64,000 bases of DNA from the NCBI GenBank assembly GCA_030447595.1, contig JAUJON010000002.1, positions 12,484-76,483 on the forward strand, in the 5' to 3' direction. The translations under genes were made by a program, and so were the position numbers. This document shows positions 18,806-29,305 of the stretch, piece by piece. Source of the stretch: Thermosynechococcaceae cyanobacterium YX3bin19 (GTDB lineage: Bacteria; Cyanobacteriota; Cyanobacteriia; Thermosynechococcales; Thermosynechococcaceae). The stretch's first letter is position 1. Each line of letters begins with the position of its first letter. Below the pieces are notes generated by a model. It ran no database searches, was not told the origin of the DNA, and saw only the letters and a program-made list of their open reading frames with translations.

Positions 18806-21031
18806 ATGTCTGATTCAACCCGAACCCTCTGTCCTTACTGCGGCGTTGGCTGTGGTTTAGAAGTTTCACCCCCCGCGGCAGTCAATAAAAAAACGAATCG
18901 TGATAGCCAGGGAAATCCCATCTGGAAAGTCCAGGGCGATCGCGATCATCCTTCAAGTCAGGGTAAGGTTTGCGTTAAAGGTGCCACCGTTACAGAGTCC
19001 ATCGCCAAAGACCGACTGCTGTATCCCCTGATGCGGGATTCACTAGATCAGCCTTTTCAACGCGTCAGTTGGGAGCAGGCGTTGGAGCGCGTGGTTGGGC
19101 GCATCCGCACAGTGCTCCATACTCAGGGGCCCGACGCCTTGTGCATGTATGGTTCCGGCCAATCGGTGACCGAGGACTACTATGTCGCTCAGAAGCTGCT
19201 CAAAGGCTGTCTAGGCACGAATAATTTCGATTCCAATTCCCGCTTGTGTATGTCTTCTGCTGTCGCAGGCTACACTCAAAGTCTAGGCTCCGACGGCCCG
19301 CCCTGCTGCTACGACGACCTAGAACTTACAGACTGCGCTTTCTTAATCGGCACTAATGCTGCTGAGTGCCATCCAATTATCTTCAACCGCCTGCGAAAAC
19401 ACCACAAAAAACATCACCACGTGAAAATGGTTGTGGTCGATCCGCGCCGTACCCCAACGGCCGAGGCAGCGGATTTACATTTAGCGATTCGACCGGGAAC
19501 CGATATTGATTTAATGAATGGCATTGCCCATCTGCTGCTGCGCTGGGGTGAGCTAGATACGATATTTGTGGATGAATCAACCAGTAATTTTCCGGCTTTT
19601 GCAGAGGTTGTTTCACATTACCCACCGGAGGTTGCCGCCCAGCGGTGTGGTATTTCCGCACAGGATTTAGAGACTGCTGCTCGCTACTGGGCTAAATCCA
19701 ACCGGGTGCTATCCCTGTGGACGATGGGCCTGAACCAGTCCAGCGAAGGTACAGCTAAGGTGCGGACCCTGATCAACCTGCATCTGATGACAGGCCAAAT
19801 CGGTAAGCCGGGAGCCGGTCCTTTTTCTCTAACGGGCCAACCTAATGCCGTGGGTGGGCGGGAAAGCGGTGGTCTCTCTCACCTGCTACCCGGTTATCGT
19901 TCCGTGAAAAATTCCCAAGACCGGGCAGAAGTCGAGCAGTTTTGGAGACTGAAACCCGGCCAAATTTCCCCCCACCCTGGTCGCGATGCCTGGAATATCA
20001 TTCAAGGGCTTGAGGAGGGGGCAATAGAATTCTTATGGATTGTTGCCACCAATCCCGCTGTCAGCATGCCAGATCTAGAGCGGGCGAAAGCAGCCTTGGC
20101 GCGATCGCCGTTCACTGTTTACCAGGAAGCCTACTATCCCACAGAAACCGCTGCCTACGCCCACGTACTCCTGCCAGCAACCCAGTGGAGCGAGAAAACG
20201 GGCACCATGACCAATTCAGAGCGGGTAGTAACGCTCTGCCCAGCTTTCCATCCCCCCTACGGTGAGGCACGGGATGACTGGGCTATCTTTGCCGAAGTGG
20301 CCCGACGCCTGGGTTTTGGCAAACAGTTTGCCTTCAAAGACTCAGCAGAAGTCTTTGCCGAATTTGTCCAGCTTACCCGCAATCGCCATTGTGATATGAC
20401 CGGTATCAGCCATGAGCGACTGCTTAAAGAAGGCCCGATCCAGTGGCCCTGTCGCGATTCGGGCAAATTCAATCCCGGTGAGCCCGCTCGACTTTATACA
20501 AATTTGCGCTTTCATACCCCCGATGGACGCGCTCGGTTTGCCGCCTATCACTCCCGGGGGCTAGCAGAACCTCCCAATGACCAGTATCCTTTTGTCCTAA
20601 CTACAGGGCGGCTCTATGGACATTGGCATACCCAAACTCGCACAGGCCGGATTGAGAAAATCCAAAAGATGCACCCTCAGCCCTTCCTGGAGATTCATCC
20701 GCGTGATGCCAAAACCTTGGGTATCCATAGGGAAAGCTGGGTGGAGGTGCGATCGCGCCGGGGCAAAGCCCGTTTTCCAGTCACTATTACGAAGGCAATC
20801 ACTCCTGGTACCGTTTTTATCCCAATGCACTGGGGGGCTCTCTGGGCCGATCAAGCGGAAGCAAATGCCATGACGCATCCGGAACGCTGTCCAGATTCCC
20901 TCCAGCCGGAGTTGAAAGCCTGCGCGGTTCAACTAGTACCGATTGCAACCCAAGATGACTCAGCGTACCTACTTCAACCGAGTCTTTCAAAAGCCCTTTC
21001 TCCCCAGGTCCCGGTCTCAAGTCAACCTTAG
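18806..21031 (+). CDS. narB: ferredoxin-dependent assimilatory nitrate reductase (Mo-bisMGD)
   Basis: Probable ATG 18806 ([18 protein letters not shown]...C: the N-terminal 4Fe-4S motif). It has a molybdopterin oxidoreductase body and a C-terminal MopB-binding domain. The track ORF starts at TTG 18800. Confidence 0.95.
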   Translation: MSDSTRTLCPYCGVGCGLEVSPPAAVNKKTNRDSQGNPIWKVQGDRDHPSSQGKVCVKGATVTESIAKDRLLYPLMRDSLDQPFQRVSWEQALERVVGRIRTVLHTQGPDALCMYGSGQSVTEDYYVAQKLLKGCLGTNNFDSNSRLCMSSAVAGYTQSLGSDGPPCCYDDLELTDCAFLIGTNAAECHPIIFNRLRKHHKKHHHVKMVVVDPRRTPTAEAADLHLAIRPGTDIDLMNGIAHLLLRWGELDTIFVDESTSNFPAFAEVVSHYPPEVAAQRCGISAQDLETAARYWAKSNRVLSLWTMGLNQSSEGTAKVRTLINLHLMTGQIGKPGAGPFSLTGQPNAVGGRESGGLSHLLPGYRSVKNSQDRAEVEQFWRLKPGQISPHPGRDAWNIIQGLEEGAIEFLWIVATNPAVSMPDLERAKAALARSPFTVYQEAYYPTETAAYAHVLLPATQWSEKTGTMTNSERVVTLCPAFHPPYGEARDDWAIFAEVARRLGFGKQFAFKDSAEVFAEFVQLTRNRHCDMTGISHERLLKEGPIQWPCRDSGKFNPGEPARLYTNLRFHTPDGRARFAAYHSRGLAEPPNDQYPFVLTTGRLYGHWHTQTRTGRIEKIQKMHPQPFLEIHPRDAKTLGIHRESWVEVRSRRGKARFPVTITKAITPGTVFIPMHWGALWADQAEANAMTHPERCPDSLQPELKACAVQLVPIATQDDSAYLLQPSLSKALSPQVPVSSQP

Positions 21032-21039
21032 TCGTTCCG

Positions 21040-21561
21040 CTAGCCCTTGGCACTTCGTTGCTCCTCCGGTTTGAACACATCCTGGAGTAGCGGTGAGAGT
21101 TGATGGTCTAAACGCCCATCTCGCAATAACTCCGCATAGGTACCCGCTTCAATTGCCAACAACTCCTCGTGGAGCTGCTGCCGAGAAACTGCCTGAAGCT
21201 GAGGATGCTGTTGTAGCTGGTCAATTTCGGCTTCCAGACGATTCAACTCGGCTTGCACCAAGACTGCTAGATCGCTATAGTCCCCTGCTGTCCCTGGATC
21301 GCTATTGACCTCTAAGTGCTGCAGAACTCGCTGGAGCGCCTCTCGCCTCGCCGTGGCTTCTGTATAGGTCTGCAGCAGCGTTTGATGATCGAGCAGCCCC
21401 AATTTCTCTAGTAGTGATTTGGTGGTCAATCCCTGGACTAGTAGGGTGAACAGAACCGCCCCAAACACATTGGCGATAATCTCTTCTTTTCCAGGTAGAT
21501 TAGCCGGAACACTCAACGCTAACGCAATAGAAACTGCTTGAGGTTTTCCGCGATCGCCGCA
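21040..21561 (-). pseudogene. C-terminal remnant of a CPA1 (NhaP/NhaS1-type) Na+/H+ antiporter
   Basis: Only the last TM segments and the cytosolic tail are present: ...QAVSIALALSVPANLPGKEEIIANVFGAVLFTLLVQGLTTKSLLEKLGLL plus a coiled C-terminal domain. In-frame similarity stops at a TGA at about 21562. The roughly 1.1 kb where the transporter domain should lie has no ORF of 60 aa or more. Confidence 0.6.
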
Positions 21562-21863
21562 TCACAGGCAGTTACAGGGGCCATAAGCTTATTTCAGGTG
21601 GGACGCCTCAACAAACCTACATTCGGTCAGGCGCTTCCTGAGAAGTGTCGTCTAAGCTACGAAAACCTTACTGCCAGCTTGCTCCTGATGACTTAGCTAG
21701 GGCAACTGCCAGAAAAAGCAACTGCCGCAATTGAGAATTGTCTGGTTTCAGAATCCTGACTAAGATTGCAAATTTTCTGGTAAATCTAAAATTTCTGCTA
21801 AGAAGAATACATTTGGCAATTTTCTTTTGTTAAATTCACGACATTTTTACTCAAATTGTTTAA

Positions 21864-22090
21864 GGTGAAGGTATGCACCATTCCCTAGTTGAGTGTTCCG
21901 CTGAGGATACTCAGACACCTGCTTGCGGGTGCGTAATTAGCTATTGAGTTCTGCGATGTATACACAAGCGTTTGGTTTCAAAACAGACCCTGTTTCAGAT
22001 CGTCGCGGTGGTTTCGGCAACGGGTGAAGGTGCACCGGCTGAGACTACCCTAGCGGGTGCGTAATTCAGTTCTGCGATCCTCACCCGTTG
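21864..22090 (+). ncRNA. tandem pair of unassigned structured-RNA-like elements (conserved cores, variable spacers)
   Basis: Copy 1 spans 21864-21957 and copy 2 spans 22018-22090. Shared collinear cores are GGTGAAGGT..GCACC, GCGGGTGCGTAATT and AGTTCTGCGAT. Spacer lengths are 45 vs 16 nt and 8 vs 1 nt. Copy 2 is closed by the helix CAACGGGTGA/TCACCCGTTG. Strand and RNA nature are inferred, not proven. Confidence 0.3.
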
Positions 22091-22704
22091 AAAATGATCC
22101 TGGCGATTATTCGGTCGAAGTTCTTTGTCGTCAGCTCAATTCCCATCGTTTCTCAGTTAGCTCTAGAAGGGATACAGACCCAAACCCAGGCGCTTCCTAA
22201 GGGACAGAAATAAATTTTTGACCTCGCCACTTTCAAAACTAGCTTCGAGGATGCGGGACAGTGACGATCGTCAGCCTCGCTATAGCTATGGCCAAAGTAG
22301 TTCAGGTTAATTCCTGAACAATTCCCAATTCCATAATCTCAGTGCCTTCCAAAGACGAATTATCGTAGTTAAAGATGGCCTGCTAATGCTCCTTTAGTTA
22401 CGTTCACTGTCAGGTCATAAGCAACGCTAAATGCTTGGGCTTTACTTGTCATAACTGCCACAGTGCCAAGGTTGGCATTCGCGATCGCAACTAAAAGTTT
22501 TGGGAACGAGTTGAACATGGTAATATTTATAGCTTGGTTATCTCAAACAATTTGTGCGATCGCGTTAACTGGAAACCGGTAATTCACCAGACCTCTGTAT
22601 AGAGGTTTTAAAGAAGATGTTCGCCCCGCCTGTGTTGGGGAAAGAATAAAAATATCTGCTAGCTGCGAACTGTATGCAATTAAACACGTATAGGCAGGTG
22701 TCTT

Positions 22705-23196
22705 GTGGAATTAACAGAGCTTGAGTTAAGCATTTTTGGCGCAGGGTTGGCAATTGGTCTTCTCATAGCTCTTTTTCTGTGGGGTAGCAATATCAGATCA
22801 CGCTTTTTGATGCAGAAGGAAATTGCCGAACTGAAAACGCATCTTCAGACCCACATGAGTATTCATGCCAAGGGCTATGAGGAAAAGGACAAAGAGGTAG
22901 AAAAGCTGAAGAAAGAGAACGAAAACTTGCGGATTACTGTAGCAACATTGTCCAACAAACCCGGGAGAGCCGAGCTAAAGATGCTGGCGACTTGGGATAA
23001 AGCTATCAGAATTCTCACCCTGCAATCGCCTGTCTTTGCTCCGGCTTGGGAAATGGCAGTTACCGAGGCTAAAAAAGAGGTAGAAGAAACTGATTCCGGG
23101 GTGAAAGCTCTGGTTCGTAAGGTATTTTCCCTACTGCCACAGGATTACAACAATACTGTGTCCTACAGCAGTTCTCAAATAGATAAATTACAGTAG
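22705..23196 (+). CDS. hypothetical membrane-anchored coiled-coil protein
   Basis: 163 aa with a GTG start. It has one N-terminal TM segment (IFGAGLAIGLLIALFLW) followed by a charged coiled-coil region (KDKEVEKLKKENENLRI). I recognise no family. Confidence 0.55.
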   Translation: MELTELELSIFGAGLAIGLLIALFLWGSNIRSRFLMQKEIAELKTHLQTHMSIHAKGYEEKDKEVEKLKKENENLRITVATLSNKPGRAELKMLATWDKAIRILTLQSPVFAPAWEMAVTEAKKEVEETDSGVKALVRKVFSLLPQDYNNTVSYSSSQIDKLQ

Positions 23197-23336
23197 ACCA
23201 CAGTGGTTACATCCCAGGAAGCCTAGGGCTGGACGGTTGCCAAGGCTTGACTACTCGCTTGCTGTGGCACGGCGTAGGTTGAGCCTCCTGAGTTCGGAGG
23301 AACTCTTAAGGTTTAGACCAGCAGGTTTCAAGACTA

Positions 23337-25072
23337 TCACTGTCCCAACCACTGAACCACCCCGGCTGCCAGGGCTGCGGCTAGTTTTTTCTGTTCTTGA
23401 GGATTGACAATCCACTCAAATTCCTGGGGGTTGATCATAAAGCCAAGCTCCAGCAGCACTGCCGGGGCGACCGCTGGCCGGGTGAGGGCTAGGTTGTTCC
23501 AATAGACGCCGTAGGAAGGACGATTCAGCGCTTTGGTCAGGTAGTTGTGCAGAAAAATGGCCAGGTCGTGGCTTTGGGCGTGATACCAAAAGGTTCCAAT
23601 ACCCTGGGTATTGATGGCGTCCCCATTGTCGGGTAGGGCGTTGTAGTGAATGCTGAGGGCAATATCGGGTTCTACCCGGTCAATCATGGCAACGCGATCG
23701 CCCAGTGAGACATCCCGGTCCGTGGTGCGGGTCATGAGAACAGTTGCTCCCCGCTGCACCAGTTCGTCTCGCAGTAGCTTACTCACAAGCAGAGTGACAT
23801 CCTTTTCAGGGTAACCTGTAGGTCCTCTAGACCCTAGCTCCTCGCCTCCATGCCCGGGATCGAGCAGGATCTTAATTCCAGTTAACGGAGCCTGGCGTTT
23901 CACAACAGGTGGATGGCGCAAAGCAAGAACCAGACTGGTTCCCCGGTAGTTCAGCTTGTAGCCCCACTGCTGGTTCGATTTAAGATTAAAGGTGTACTGG
24001 ACCTGGTTGGGCGCTACCTGCTGCCAGTCCAAGCGGGAAATTAACGGATCGTCATCAATGAAAATGGTGTCCGTTTGGGCAGTGGTATTGTGCAACGTTA
24101 AGGTGAAGGTGCCATCTGCCTGCTTGACTTGTACGGGAACAGGAAGCTGCAGGGGAAACACTACCTCCGTCCAGCCGGGAATCTGACAAGAGCGAATACT
24201 GCGAATCAGCGAACGCGCCGGCACCGAACCCGCAAGAATCCGTGCTTCCTTATGGTTGATCCAGCCTCCGAAGTCCAGCCGCAGCCAGTCCCCTTCTGTG
24301 CCGGTTACTGTAGCTTGGGTGCCCTTGGGTAAAGGAGTCAGGCAGGAGTAATCGCTATTGGGTCCGGTACGGGCCACCCTGCTCTCACGATCACTTGCGC
24401 GACCGACAAGGAAGCGGGCGATAAAATTTCTACACTTCCCGGTCCTTGCTGCTTTGCGGTAGCACGATTTTTGACCCACTGAAACTGCGGCTTACCCAGC
24501 TTACCCAGCTTAACGGCAACAGTACAACCTTGGTAGTGAGAGGCATTACTAGTGGCAGGCTCGTTAGTCTGGGTTAAAACTGCTGAGTTAGGTGGTAACT
24601 CCACCCCGGTTTGAGCAACCAGGGAAACGGTTTGCTTAGCAAGCTGGACAGAAACTTTGGCATTGGGGGAGCAACGGCAGCAAAAACAGATTTGCTCTCC
24701 CGGCAACCTAGCAATATTCACAGCAGGAGTCAGAGACTCTTTAGCAAAAGCCAACCCGGTCGGGGGAGGAGCGTGGTCGGGGTGCGTGTCACCTGAACAG
24801 TAACCACCTGACCTTGATACCTCAGGGTAAAGGTGTTTAGCCCCACCTTTAGCGGCAGACTCGGTGCAAAGTGCCCTGCTGAACTGCGACGAATGACTTG
24901 GCCATTCACTGCAACCTCTCCTTCAGGGGGAGCTGTGCCAATTAAAAAAAATTTGTTCAGCGGTGGTTTCGTGCTGGGCAGGTGGGTAAACAACTTGCAG
25001 TGGCTCATTCGCCTGGGCAGGAAACACAGCAACAGAACTCAGTAACGCTAAACCTAAACCCCAGCTTCTCAT
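23337..25072 (-). pseudogene. N-acetylmuramoyl-L-alanine amidase (AmiC-like, Amidase_3), frame-disrupted
   Basis: The C-terminal Amidase_3 domain is present (ILLDPGHGGEELG ... ALSIHYNALPD ... AVLLELGFMINPQEF). N-terminal pieces are 24338..24754 and 24730..25032. The signal peptide MRSWGLGLALLSSVAVFPAQA starts at ATG 25072 in another frame. One break sits beside an 8-nt A/T run at 24944-24951. Confidence 0.85.
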
Positions 25073-25292
25073 TGATCTCGCTCACCCTAGTAAACCGCCA
25101 TAGTAGCTTTGACAAATCCACTTGCCAGTAGTTACTGTACTCCAATGGAGGAATTCTCGCAAAATACTGTAAACCATATGGTAGAAAACGCCAGTGATTC
25201 TTAAAAACTTTTCACTTCCTAGCTCTTGGCTCGGGGTTGCCATACTCCCTAGCATGGGTAGCGATTGGTTTGAGTTTAGAGACAGTGTTTCA

Positions 25293-26408
25293 CTAAACTT
25301 GGGTAATTTTCCCTGCCTCAACTGATAAAATCTGAGCAGAGGTTAGCCACTGAGCATCAAAAGCGCCCAAGTGCGTCGTGGTAATCAAGGTCTGGAATCG
25401 GTCTTGAATGGTTTCTAACAGTTGGTTCTGGCGGTTCAGATCTAGCTCTGCCAAAACGTCATCTAATAACAGTAGGGGCGCTTCTCCCACCACTTCCTCA
25501 ATCAGCTTCAGTTCAGCCAGCTTCAATGCCAGGACCAGGGTACGTTGTTGACCTTGAGAGCCATACTGTCGGGCAGGGGTTTGGTTGATTGTGAAGTTAA
25601 CTTCGTCGCGGTGGGGACCCACGAGGGTAGTGCCCTGATATTGTTCTGCTACTGCCTTTTGCTGAAGCTGGGCCAGGAAGGTTTCAACCACTGCCATTGG
25701 ATGATTCGGGCCCAGGTTGACGTTGGGAGCATAGTGAACCTCCAGAATTTCTTGGCTGCCGCTGATAGATTGATGCCAGGTCCGGGCTAGAGGCGCTAAC
25801 CGCTCTAGTAGCTTACAACGCCGCCGGGTAACGCGGGAGCCTGCATCCGCTAGTTGAGCATTCCACAGCACTAGCTGGTCGGGGTCTGAACCACTCGATT
25901 CGGCCTGTAGCTTCAAAAAAGCATTTCGCTGCCGGAGGACCTGGTTGTACTGCTGCAAAATGGAGGCATAGACAGGCTCTAGCTGCACGAGTACCGCATC
26001 TAGCCAGTGACGTCGCTCTGCTGGCCCACCTCGCACCAGATCCAGGTCCAGGCTGGAGAACTGGACGGCGTTTAAGTAGCCTAAAAAATCTAGGTGACGG
26101 CGTACCGCTTCACTGTTGAGGGCAACGGTGCGGCGGCCATTACTCCGTAAGGTCAACGCCAGATCTACAGGGCCACTGTCACGTTCGAGAACTGCTGTAA
26201 TTTGAGCAATGAGCTGGTCATCCTGGATTAAGTCATGATCGCGGCTCGTACGGTGCGATCGCAGCGTTGAGAGCAACTCCACGGCTTCGAGAAGATTTGA
26301 CTTGCCCTGGGCATTATCACCCAGCAGAATCGTTTTCGGGGCTAAGAAGTCAACCTGCTGGTCTGGGTAGTTACGAAATTGGCGCAGGTGTAGTGTTTTC
26401 AGGTACAC
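25293..26408 (-). CDS. recF: DNA replication and repair protein RecF
   Basis: 371 aa. N-terminus [14 protein letters not shown]. Walker [17 protein letters not shown]-like signature region [12 protein letters not shown]. Confidence 0.9.
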   Translation of the reverse strand: MYLKTLHLRQFRNYPDQQVDFLAPKTILLGDNAQGKSNLLEAVELLSTLRSHRTSRDHDLIQDDQLIAQITAVLERDSGPVDLALTLRSNGRRTVALNSEAVRRHLDFLGYLNAVQFSSLDLDLVRGGPAERRHWLDAVLVQLEPVYASILQQYNQVLRQRNAFLKLQAESSGSDPDQLVLWNAQLADAGSRVTRRRCKLLERLAPLARTWHQSISGSQEILEVHYAPNVNLGPNHPMAVVETFLAQLQQKAVAEQYQGTTLVGPHRDEVNFTINQTPARQYGSQGQQRTLVLALKLAELKLIEEVVGEAPLLLLDDVLAELDLNRQNQLLETIQDRFQTLITTTHLGAFDAQWLTSAQILSVEAGKITQV

Positions 26409-26469
26409 AGCGAGAGCATTTTAGACCTTAGACTTTGGATTTTAGGTTGCTGTTCAAAATCCAAAATTT

Positions 26470-29263
26470 CTATTGACGGGCTTTGAACCACCAGCGAATG
26501 AACAACTTCTCAGCTTCAATCCAGACAAACATGAGGGCACTAAAACCAAAGCAGATTGCTAGCTCTGTCGGGCTTAGTAGATAGGTGCCAAAGAAATTCC
26601 TCAGAGGCTCTACATAAACCAGCATTAATTGCAGCACTGTAGTTAGCGACACCGCTGCGAGAACGTAGGGATTAGAAAAAGGATTGAGTTCAAAGGTCAA
26701 ACGAGTATCCGAACGAACCGCCAGGGCATGCCCCATTTGAGCCAGACACAAGGTCGTAAACACCATGGTCTTCCACCGCTCAGGATTCAGACCCGGATCG
26801 CCGCCGCCCGATTGGGTGTAATCGTAGGCCCAAACCATCAATACAATAGACAAAATTGCAAAGACAATTCCGATGCGGATCATGTACCAACCCAGTCCCC
26901 GCGCAAAAATGTTTTCCCGGGGGCTAATGGGAGGTTGACGCATCACGTCTGGTTCCGGCGGTTCAACGGCCAAGGCGAGGGCTGGCAAACCGTCAGTCAC
27001 TAGGTTCATCCACAAAATTTGTAGTGGAGAAAGGGGCACACCGCCTAAACCAAGTATCGGAGCGGCGGCGATCGTCAAGACTTCGCCAATATTACTACCG
27101 AGGATATACTTCACAAACCGGCGAATGTTGGTGTAGACGACCCGGCCCTCCTCTGTGGCAGCGACAATCGTGGCAAAGTTATCATCTAGCAACACCATGT
27201 CACTGGCCTCCTTACTGACGTCCGTACCAGTGATTCCCATCGCAATGCCAATATCGGCCTGCTTCAGGGCAGGAGCGTCATTGACACCGTCCCCGGTCAT
27301 GGCGGTAAATTCCCCTTGGTGCTGGAGCGCCTGGACAATCCGCAGCTTGTGTTCCGGTGAAACGCGGGCATAAATACTGACCTGTTTCACTTGCTGCTCT
27401 AAGTCAGCCGGGGTCATTTTTTCTAAATCCTGTCCGGTCAGCGCTCGATCACCCCGTTTAGCAATGCCCAAGTCATAGGCCACAGCTTGGGCAGTTAACT
27501 GGTGGTCACCGGTGATCATCACAGGCCGAATTCCTGCCTGGCGGCAGAGGACGACTGCATCGCGCACCTCAGAGCGGGGAGCATCTAACATTCCCACCAG
27601 GCCCAACCAGATCAAATCTTGTTCTGTGGTATCAGCGGAGTTCTCCGGGGGCAAGCTGGCCAGGGGCCGGTAAGCAAACCCCAAAACGCGCAGGCCCCGG
27701 CTTGCCAGCTCGTTGTTCTGCGTCAGAATGTGCTGCCGCTGGGCATCCGTCAACGGCTCAACGCGATCGCCGACTTGGACTTGGGCGCAGCGCTCTAGCG
27801 TCAGTTCCGGAGAGCCTTTCGTAAACATGGAATAATTTGCTGCAGCCTTTGGTGCTGCCCCTAGTGAGTCGCTGTCGGTCTGGCAAATCACACTCATCCG
27901 CTTCCGCTCTGAAGAAAAGGGAAACTCAGCAACTCGCGGCAGCCGGTTCGAGTACTGGTCCTTGTTAAAGCCTGCTTTGGCCGCCAGGGACAGCAGAGCC
28001 CCCTCCGTTGGATCGCCAACAATTGCCCAGCGCCCGTCTTCTTGCTGTAAAAAAGCATCATTACAGAGAACACAGGCCAAAAGCAGTGCCTGTAGTTCCG
28101 GCTGCCGCTCCGCTGGGATGGCTTGCTGATTAAGGCGAAACTCACCCACCGGGTCGTAGCCCTCCCCCGTGACTTCAAATACTTGCTGCTCGGTAAAGAC
28201 TGCCTGGACGACCATTTTATTTTGGGTCAGCGTCCCGGTTTTATCGGAACAGATAGTGGTCACAGAGCCCAATTTCTACCGCCGGCAGCTTCCGGATCAA
28301 GGCATGGCGGCGGACCATCCGCTGGGTTCCCAGAGCCAGGGTCACAGTAATCACTGCGGGCAAGCCTTCCGGCACCACCGCTACTGCCATACTCAGGGCA
28401 ACTTCCAACAGCTCTTCGAAGGCACCGAAGCCAAGGCGAATTGTACCAGCAGTAACCACTATAAAGACGAGGACCAGGGCACCGGTAACTAGAACATTAC
28501 CTAATTGGTCCATTCGCTGCTGCAGCAGGGTGGGCTCTGTCTCCACAGACTGCAGCAGAGTGGCAATTCGGCCCAGTTCAGTTTTCATGCCCGTGCCAGT
28601 CACGAGTACGGTAGCTCGGCCTGAACCACTTCAGTTCCCTGAAAAACGAGGTTAATGCGTTCTCCCAAGGGGGCGTTCTCCGGCAGTTGGCCCTTAGCTT
28701 CCTTCTCTACACCCTCCGCTTCCCCAGTTAGAGCAGACTCGCGGGCTTGCAGGTTTGCTTCTTCTACTACGCGACCATCGGCTGCCACCTGAGAACCCGC
28801 TTCCAACAGCATGATATCGCCTGGAACAATTTCCTTTGCCGCAACTTCCACCACCCTGCCGTCCCGCAGGACTCTTACCAGCGGAGGCCAGGCGTTTGAG
28901 AGCGGCTAAGGCTTTCTCGGCACGGCTCTCCTGAACATAGCCCAAGATGCCGTTGAGAATCACAATGGCCGAAATAGCGATCGCATCTTTGGGGAACTGA
29001 CCTGCTCGCAGATCTAAAGCTGCCGAAACGATGGCGACCAGAATCAGCATCAGCAACATGATGTTCTTAAACTGGTCCCAGATAATCGCTAGCGTGCTGC
29101 GGCCCGGAGCTTCTTCCAGCTCGTTCGGACCGTACTGCTCTAAACGTTTCGCGGCTTCCTGAGTAGTCAAACCCGCTTGGCGATCGCTCTTGAGTACTTC
29201 TAAAGCTTTCTCAACGTCTAGGGTATGCCAAGCTGCCGCTGAGTTTATCGGAGTTGAAGACAT
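26470..29263 (-). pseudogene. cation-transporting P-type ATPase (type IIA, Ca2+-ATPase/PacL-like), 3 frame breaks
   Basis: Four pieces: 28694..29281, 28600..28854, 28241..28603 and 26470..28272. Motifs are [13 protein letters not shown] (phosphorylation site), [10 protein letters not shown] and [21 protein letters not shown]. The N-terminus is [24 protein letters not shown] (ATG 29263). Confidence 0.9.
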
Positions 29264-29305
29264 GGGTAGAGTGGGCCTCACGCAAATAAGTCCTACAGCC
29301 TCTAA

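Noticed and set aside
21925-22078. Reading the repeated cores on the minus strand as a duplicated peptide (IAELNYAP / IAELNS)
   Set aside because: The copies differ by 7-nt and 29-nt insertions and are interrupted by stops in every frame. No longer protein emerges even when frameshifts are allowed.
21864-22090. Assigning the tandem element to a known riboswitch class (glutamine glnA/Downstream-peptide, glycine, ykkC/guanidine, cobalamin, ZTP, THF, fluoride, Na+/Li+ motifs)
   Set aside because: The cores GGTGAAGGT/GCGGGTGCGTAATT/AGTTCTGCGAT do not match the conserved nucleotides of these classes as I remember them. I cannot run a covariance-model search, so no family name is claimed.
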